Made by a program: the position numbers and the translations under genes. DNA of 64,000 nucleotides from Podarcis vaucheri (taxonomy: Eukaryota): assembly GCA_965113315.1 (NCBI GenBank), contig OZ220369.1. One strand, 5' to 3'. The notes under the pieces were generated by a model. It made no database searches. It saw nothing but the letters and a program-made list of their open reading frames with translations, and was not told where the DNA came from. Positions 56,621 through 64,000 of the stretch are shown here, in pieces. Positions within the stretch are counted from its first letter, which is position 1, and every line of letters starts with the position of its first letter.

Positions 56621-56806
56621 AGGAGTCTCAAAGTGGCTAACAATCTCCTTTCCCTTCCTCCCCCACAACGAACACTGTGAGGTGAGTGAGGCAGAGAGAC
56701 TTCAAAGAAGTGTGACTAGCCCAGCAGCTGCATGTGGAGGAGCAGGGAATCGAACCCGGTTCACCAGATTACGAGTTCACTTCTCTTAACCACTATACCA
56801 CACTGG
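56621..56806 (-). mobile_element. tRNA-derived SINE (Squam3-like), abutting a Sauria SINE tail
   Basis: Reverse-complement match to 5363-5603. Confidence 0.75.
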
Positions 56807-57299
56807 GTCCTTTGGAAACTCCTTTGGAAGGAAAGGAGTGTTGGAGGCAGCAGGAGTGCCCACTTGATCCTGAGACCATGGGTGCCCAAGGCAGTGGGTG
56901 CCATGCAGTGTACATGGCCCTGGCACCAAAAATTGTGGGTGCCCAGCCCCTTCATGGGAAATTGTGTGGGTGCTTGGGCACCCAGGGCCCCAGGGAGTTG
57001 GCACCTAAGGGAGGCAGCAGTGCTTCTGTCTACCAGTTGCTGAAAACCACAGGGATGGAAGAGGGATCTTGTTCTTGGGTCCTGCCGCTTGTGGGCTTCC
57101 CAGAAGGGGCATCTCTTTGCCAACTGTGAAAACTGGATGCTGGTCTAGGTGGGCCATTGACCTGATCCATCAGGCTCTTCTTACGTTCTTGTGTTACATT
57201 TGGGGCTTTGGGGGGAAGGTGACTAACATAGGATGCAGCTAATTCATCCAGCCTCTCTGCAACTTCCTTTCATCCTTTAGCACACCTCCCCACCCCCCA

Positions 57300-57315
57300 T
57301 GCCATCTACTGGCCC
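57300..57315 (-). promoter_or_regulatory. CTCF-like motif
   Basis: Minus strand GGCCAGTAGATGGCA matches core CCASYAGRKGGCR. Confidence 0.45.
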
Positions 57316-57941
57316 AACTCCCTCCCTAGTTGTTCCGCCTGGCCTCTGGCTTGGAATCAACTTGATTCCCTCTCCCTCTTTCCTTTTCCCTTTCTCCTTC
57401 TGTGTTGGAACTCCTATTTGAGGACTTCCCTGGCTTTTTTCTGGACCACATAGGACCAGTCTGGATAGTTAGCCTTGGTGAAGACTTGACGTTTTTATCC
57501 CCAGAAAAGTGTTTGATTGAGTTTTTCCACTGAAATGAGGCTTCATTTTAATGTTGTGTTTTAATATTGTTTTTTAAGCTGTATTTCAATCAATTGTTTT
57601 TATATTTGGTGTTAGCCGCCCAGAGCCCGGTCTTGGCTGGGGAGGGCGGGGTATAAATAAAAATTATTATTAGTTGGTCCCCTGGTACTAATGCGCCTGG
57701 CAGTTTGTTTTCATGTTGGTCTTGGTGTTTGCTTACTTTGGTGAGAGAGGCTCCTCTTTCTAAACGCCTTGAGCTTTCCAGCTACCTGTTCCTGGAGCCC
57801 ATGCTCAGTGCAAGCTGGGAGGTTTCCTGTGTTTCTCCTGGCAAAGGAAAGGGATCTGCATTTCGGAGAGCAGCTCCCTCCTGGGGCTCAGGGTAAGGCC
57901 CAAATGCCCGAGGAGATCAGCTGTCTGGTACCAGTCGCAGG

Positions 57942-58245
57942 GGTAGGTGGTTCGAATCCCCGTGACGGGGTGAGCTCCCGTTGCTCGGTCCCTGCTCCTG
58001 CCCACCTAGCAGTTCGAAAGCACGTCAAAGTGCAAGTAGATAAATAGGTACCACCCCAGCGGGAAGGTAAACGGCGTTTCCGTGCGCTGCTCTGGTTCTC
58101 CAGAAGCGGCTTAGTCCTGCTGGCCACATGACCCGGAAGCTGTACGCCAGCTCCCTCGGCCAATAAAGCGAGATGAGCGCCGCAACCCCAGGGTCGGTCA
58201 CGACTGCACCTAATGTTCAGGGGTCCCTTTACCTTTACCTTTACC
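57942..58245 (+). mobile_element. Sauria SINE, 5'-truncated
   Basis: Consensus match; probable TSD TACCAGT. Confidence 0.85.
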
Positions 58246-59289
58246 AGTGAGACGGGAAAGAATAGAAGGAGATGCTTCATGCTGAATTGGACAAAGAGGC
58301 TGAGAGCCAGAAGGGAGCAGGGGAATGTCCCCAAAAATGCCTGTCCCAGCTGCTGAAGAATCATAGAAATGTAGAGTTGGAAGGGACCCAAATACCTGAT
58401 GAAAGGGGGGACTTTCAGAGGGGCGATTAAGATGGACATGAGAGTTGCTTGGGGACTCCAGGAAAAATGGGCTGGGGTGGGGAGAAAGGAGGAAGAGGGA
58501 ATCAGGTAGGAGTCAGAGAGAGCTGAAGGGAATCGTGTCCCCCTTTGGGATATCAACCACGTGGTCATTTTGGTATGCAGTTCATGAGTTGTAAGAATGT
58601 TTGCCACACATTTTGAATGAAGCGAAAGCAAATTCCTCTTGACATAGGCAATCCTGTTAAATTAAAATCAGCTTAGCTGTGAGACGAACTGCGAGATCTA
58701 GACCTCCAGATTGTTGCGATGGACAGGGGCGCGCTTTTTTGTGTGAGTTGCCCCTCCGGTGATGAGGCAGCTGTGACTCTTTTCCATGTCCGAACAAGTG
58801 GCAGCTGTCCATCTCCGGGGTGCAGGTTAGGCTACTGCGGTGCAAGGAGCTGCCCTTGAAGGCTGATCAGAAGCTTCCGCTAGTGTGTGTTGTTCAGTGT
58901 GTCTCCTGATAGCATTGGGTTGTGGGGTTCTGCTACTCTTGTGCTCCAGTGTCCCAGCTTCAAAGGTTCAGTGTTAACTGATAAAGAACAACCACTTGGG
59001 GACCAAGACTATAAAAATTGGCTCCTGTCCTCCTATCCTATTTCTCCAGTCTGCTGAGAGCCCCCTTCTATTCATTTTGCCCCATCCACATAGTGGACCC
59101 ATCAGACATTCTGGCAATTTTGGAAATCCTCTGTCAAAGCATTTGTAGGAAGCAACAGAACACCTGGCATTTGGTGCCCAGTGCTGGAATGGGTGTGACC
59201 CTAACTGGAGATGGTATGGATTTGGCATGTGTGTTTTATTCTGTTCTTTTTAATGAATTTTGTGGCCTAGCCCCAATTTTCAGGATGTA

Positions 59290-59703
59290 CCGTATTTTTC
59301 GCCCTATAGGACGCACTTTTTCCCCTCCAAAAATGAAGGGGAAATGTGTGTGCGTCCTATGGGGCGAATGCAGGCTTTTGCTGAAGCCTGGAGAGCGAGA
59401 GGGGTTGGTGCACACCGACCCCTCTAGCTCTCCAGGCTTCAGGAAGCTCTGTGCAACCCTCGGGAGACCGGCTCTGAGGGTTGCGCAGAGCTGCCTGCAG
59501 TCCCGGGATCAGCGCACCTCTCCCCATCGCCAGCCCCACAAGCTCGGGGGACAGCGGGGAGGCAGAGCGTGCCTTCCCACTGTTCCCCGACCTGGTTCTT
59601 CCAGCCCGCACCTGGGGAGGAAATAATTTTTTTTCTTTATTTCCCCCCCAAAAAACTAGGTGCGTCCTATGGGCCGGAGCGTCCTATGGGGCGCAAAATA
59701 CGG
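59290..59703 (+). mobile_element. Tc2/pogo-like MITE
   Basis: TIRs; same family as above. Confidence 0.87.
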
Positions 59704-59751
59704 CAATTTATTTATTTATCTCATGAAATGTGTAGACTGTTTGGTTGTAAA

Positions 59752-59775
59752 ACACACACACACACACACACACAC
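59752..59775. repeat. (CA)n microsatellite
   Basis: Direct reading. Confidence 0.85.
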
Positions 59776-60810
59776 TTCAAAGTGTTTACAGAAAGATAAA
59801 ATAATAAAACTTTCCATAAGAAGAATTAACAACAATAATTTAAAACTTTCAGAAAGTTAAACTAAATATAGGCTAAAAGCAGATTAAAACTCTCATCAAC
59901 TTGCTAAACGTCTGGACAGACTTGTCTAAAGAAAAATGTTTTCAGCAGGTGCCCAAAAGAGTGCAGGGAACGTTCCAGCTTTATGTCAATGGGAAGGGAA
60001 TTCTGAAGTGTAGATGCTGCCGCACTGAAAGACCAGGTTCTTACAAATGCAGAAAAGGTTTGATGTGGCACGTGTAACAGTGCCAGTTCTGCTTATCAAA
60101 GCAGTACGTTCAGGATGTCACTGAATGTAGCTCCTCTGAGGAGACCTGTGGAGCCTCCACACCATCATAGTCTACCTTCAAGTTCTACTTAGCTGGGACA
60201 GCTGGCCATTGGCCTCAAGCCCTGACTCTGAGTTTCTCAGGTGTATCTAGCTGGCCACTCTTGGCAACACAGAACTGGACTGAAGATGATCTTGTGGACC
60301 TTTAGGAGGTGGGTCTAGTCCAGATTGGTTGATTATGTTCTTATATTTATATCTCGCCTTCCTTCCATCATGGAACCCAAGGAGGCATGGATGAGGCATT
60401 CCCAGGTGGTCTCAACCAGGCACTGGCCAGACCTGCCTACCTTCAGCAAAGTAGTGCCCACATACCAGCAGACCAAACCCCTGGGAATTAGGGAGGGCTA
60501 GTGAGGTCGGATCCAGCAGGACAACGCTTAGGTTTTGTTCTGAGGATTGGGAAAACCAGTCCATGCTCATCGTGATGGGAGAGTCTCAGAGAAGTGCCAA
60601 GAGGCATGTTGGCTTCCCAAATGTTGATTTCATAATTGGATAAACCAACCAACACAGTCCTGCTTCCCCTCTGGAAAATGTTGGAAAGTTGTGGGTAGCA
60701 GGAGAGGATATATTGATTAAATATTGTCCTTCCTAACTCATGCTTGTGAGTTTATTCACACAGAAGAGTCCATTCCCTTCTTTACACAGCAGGAAGCTAG
60801 TTGCAGATTC

Positions 60811-61050
60811 GTTGTTGTTGTTTAGTTGTGACCCCATGGACCAGAGCACGCCAGGCACTCCTGTCTTCCACTGCCTCCCGCAGTTTGGTCAAACTCATGC
60901 CAGTAGCTTCGAGAACACTGTCCCACCATCTCGTGCGCTGTCATCCCCTTCTCCTTGTGCCCTCCATCTTTCCCAACATCAGGGTCTTTTCCAGGGAGTC
61001 TTCTCTTCTCATGAGGTGGCCAAAGTATTGGAGCCTCAGCTTCAGGATCT
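60811..61050 (-). mobile_element. RTE BovB LINE 3' fragment
   Basis: Reverse-complement match to the other BovB copies. Confidence 0.85.
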
Positions 61051-62618
61051 GATTAAGCAATCCAATTTGGCATGCCCAGATTGGAGTATATTTCTGGTAA
61101 GACCCCTTTGATTCTCTCCTAAAAGAATAAGGAATAAAAACAGTCTTGTTTTAAAAGTAATAAGAAGTTTACTCACATTCAGTTCACAGTTGTATCGCTG
61201 AAGGCAGGCTTTAGAGCTACAGAAAAGGGTTTGAGTTCATCCCATGTGGGAATTCATCCCACATGCTGCTAGCTGAGAGCCAGCAGTGCAGTCCAAGAGA
61301 AGAAAAGGCATTAAAAGAGGAATGTGGCTGCGTGACTGGACCTTTTGTGGGGTCTGGAAGGGTCACGCCCACCTACCTGGTCACATTAAAAGGAAGGATG
61401 CTCCAGACCAGGTGTAACAGGAAGTTCAAGTGGCTGGACCAACACTTCCCTGCATGTCCATCCTAGGCAAACAGGAAATGTTGTATTTGACTGCTTATGT
61501 TACGTCCCACAGAAAAACCTCCCCATCAGCCGAGATGCTTCTAGGGGGATGTAGGAGCTTGCCTTGTGCCAAGCCTAGCCACTGGTCTGTCTAGCTCAGG
61601 GACCAGGCTTGTCCACATTAGCAATGGGAAGCCTCTGAACCTTCCATCCCACCTTCAAGATGTTGCTGGTGCACAGTTGCTTTCACCCCCTGCCCATGGT
61701 CCATGTTGCTGGCTGAAGGTGAGGGTTGCGGGGAGTCCAGCAGACCTGAAGATGCCACCGGTTGAACAAGGCTGTTTTCCAGCCATGGGATGGAACTGGG
61801 CACCTTTCTGGGTGCAAAATGTTTACCCTTCCAGAGAGCAAAGGCTGCAGCAGATCCTGCCTACAACAGATCCTGCCCTGGTTGGCTCTCAGCTTAGGAG
61901 CACTTCTTTATCCTTAGAGCATTGGAGAGGAGGACATGAGGAGCCCTTAGTTAAGCTGACAGTCAGGATGGCACAAAGATTTGGGGGGGGGAGTCTCCAG
62001 CTGATGGGGAAGGGGCCCCCCTTCCAGCTGCCAGATTTATGCAAGTGCCTTGACCTCTTCTCCCCTCCCCCCATTGCCTCACCACAAAGGAACTTAGGAA
62101 ATGTCACCCGGCTGCTCTCTGCTCTTCCGTGTTCCGGACATTCAGATCCAGAGTTTTGGGAGCGCGGCAGTGCCAGGGCTGGGCTGCCAGGAAGCTGCCA
62201 GGGAAGGCTGAAAGGTCTGTCTTTTCCCACCAGGCAGCTCTCCTTAATGTACTTGTGCACATCCAGGCACACAGTGGATGCCTGGACAGGACAGGGAAGG
62301 CCCTTAGCTGGCTGATAAGCTTTGTGCCAGAAAGATTCTGAGAGAAGGCACTGCGGGGCTGGGGACGGGGAGGAGACTGTCAGCCAGAAGGTTTGAGTTT
62401 CTTTTTTAAGTTTGCAGGGACCTGGTTGCTGCTTCCTCTCATTTCTGAGAACGCGAGGATGGTGCCATTTCTGTGCCTTGAAAACTCACTACTTTGCACA
62501 GTTCTGGTCGGAAAAAGGTGTTGGAAAAGGATAAGAAAACGGCAGCCAAAATGATCAAAGGGGTTTTGTGACACCCCCCAAAAAAAGGTTGCAGAGTTTG
62601 GGACTTTTCAGTTTAGAA

Positions 62619-63414
62619 CAGAGGTTATCAACCTTTTTGAGTCCATGGCTCCCTTGACCAACTATCTGCTTTCTGCGGCACCTCTGTGGGGCTCAGGATC
62701 CCAGTTATGTCACCCCTTGCCTGCCAAGCTGGCAGCCCCTCACCCCTTTTCGAACACCCTCCCTTGTGGGGTGTTCCCTCAGCCTCCTCCCCTCTCCTTG
62801 GGAGTCCTCAGGGCAGCCACTGCTGCCATCCTGGTCTCTGAGTGCGCATCCCGGGAATGATCTCTTTCAGCTTCTGCCTTCTGGAAGAAGGTACAGGGTT
62901 ATAAAGTCAAGGACTAGCTGCCTGAGAAACAGTTTCTATCCAAATGCGATTTTGGTTTTAAACACAGTGTAAGGAGTCTCTATGGGAGAATATTGTATTT
63001 AAAAATGGGGTATCAGAGTTTTTAGGGGGCTAACCCGGTTGGGATAGCAGGCTTGCTGGTTTTTGAATGTCTTATGTAGATTTTTCAATTTCGTTGTTCT
63101 GTATGGGGGACAATAACGATTCGTATTGTATCGAGCTGCATCCCCTGCCCCAAAGAGAGGTGCCTCCTCCCACTGCCCCACAGGGGCCAGGGAAGCACCC
63201 CCTGGCCAGCCCCAGAGGCACCATTTGCCTGGGGAGCTTATAGCCAGGGCTGCTGCAAAAAACAGCTATGCAAGTCTTTGGGAGCCAGAGTTGTGAGAAG
63301 ACATCTGAGGAGGGAGGGAAGGAAAGAGGGACAGAGGCCAGTGTTGCCCATGGCACCCCTGACCACCATTCAAGGCACCCCAGGGTACCACAGCACACTG
63401 GCTGAAAACCATTG
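62619..63414. mobile_element. hAT element inserted in a CR1 fragment and carrying a Rex1/Babar LINE 3' end
   Basis: TSD gtttagaa/gtttagag; internal HPGNDLFQLLPSGRRYRVIKSRTSCLRNSFYP (about 62845-62972). Confidence 0.65.
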
Positions 63415-63750
63415 GTTTAGAGGAAAGGCAAGTAAGAGGCAACATGGTGGAAGTTTGTAAAATGATGCACAGCTTTGGAGGAAGGGGAAAGAGGAAAGTT
63501 TTCTTCCCTCTCTCACAACACTAGAAACCAGGCTTCCTCAACCTCGGCCCTCCAGATGTTTTTGGCCTACAACTCCCATGATCCCTAGCTAGCAGGACCA
63601 GTGGTCAGGGATGATGGGAATAGTAGACTCAAAACATCTGGCGGCTGGACTAGATGGGCCATTAGCCTGACCCAGCAGGCTCTTATGTTCTTACAAGGTA
63701 AAAAAAAATTCTGCTGTTTGTCCCTTTGTGATGAGTCCTGACTCTTCCAT

Positions 63751-64000
63751 CTTCCAGTACGTTTCCGAGCACAAATCAAAATGTTGGTGCTGACCTTTAA
63801 AGCCCTAAACGGCCTCGGTCCAGTATACCTGAAGGAGCGTCTCCACCTCCATCGTTCTACCCGGACACTGAGGTCCAGCACTGAGGGCCTTCTGGCGGTT
63901 CCCTCACTGCGAGAAGCCAAGTTACAGGGAACCAGGCAGAGGGCCTTCTCGGTAGTGGTGCCCGCCCTGTGGAATGCCCTCCCACCAGATGTCAAAGAGA
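63751..64000 (+). mobile_element. L2-clade LINE fragment (runs off window)
   Basis: Near-identical reverse complement of 19630-19880. Confidence 0.85.

Noticed and set aside
58759-58866. Possible C/D box snoRNA (GTGATGA...CTGA)
   Set aside because: No terminal stem, and the D-box half lies in a decayed L2 LINE fragment (RLDYC..LPLK..QKL-like)
61566-62315. 249-aa plus-strand ORF as a coding exon of the downstream gene
   Set aside because: GTG start, partly made of repeat fragments, no recognisable homology or clear splice boundaries

Overview
Vertebrate genomic DNA, almost certainly a squamate lizard and probably a lacertid, judged from its repeats (Sauria/POM-type SINEs, BovB, CR1, L2, hAT and Tc1/mariner-pogo MITEs). 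Genic content: (1) XPO7 (exportin-7) on the + strand, coding exons 2-28 from 4929 to 41624. They splice to 3246 nt (1081 aa + stop); exon 1 lies upstream of the window. It has two minor-spliceosome (U12) introns, one AT-AC and one GT-AG, and a 3' UTR to about 42965. (2) A complete six-exon PBDC1 (CXorf26 orthologue, 178 aa) on the - strand, 47761 to 44689, convergent with XPO7, with a CpG promoter. (3) A ~3.3 kb CpG island (about 51700-55030) with two apparent non-coding 5' exons and a uORF of an unidentified + strand gene whose coding part is not in the window. The rest is intronic or intergenic with dense transposon relics. I found no convincing novel multi-gene system. The best second-look items are a duplicated exon-14 acceptor (possible poison exon), the U12 introns, MITE-derived long hairpins, an orphan hairpin carrying a miR-130-family seed, and the XPO7-PBDC1 adjacency. 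All coordinates were read by eye.
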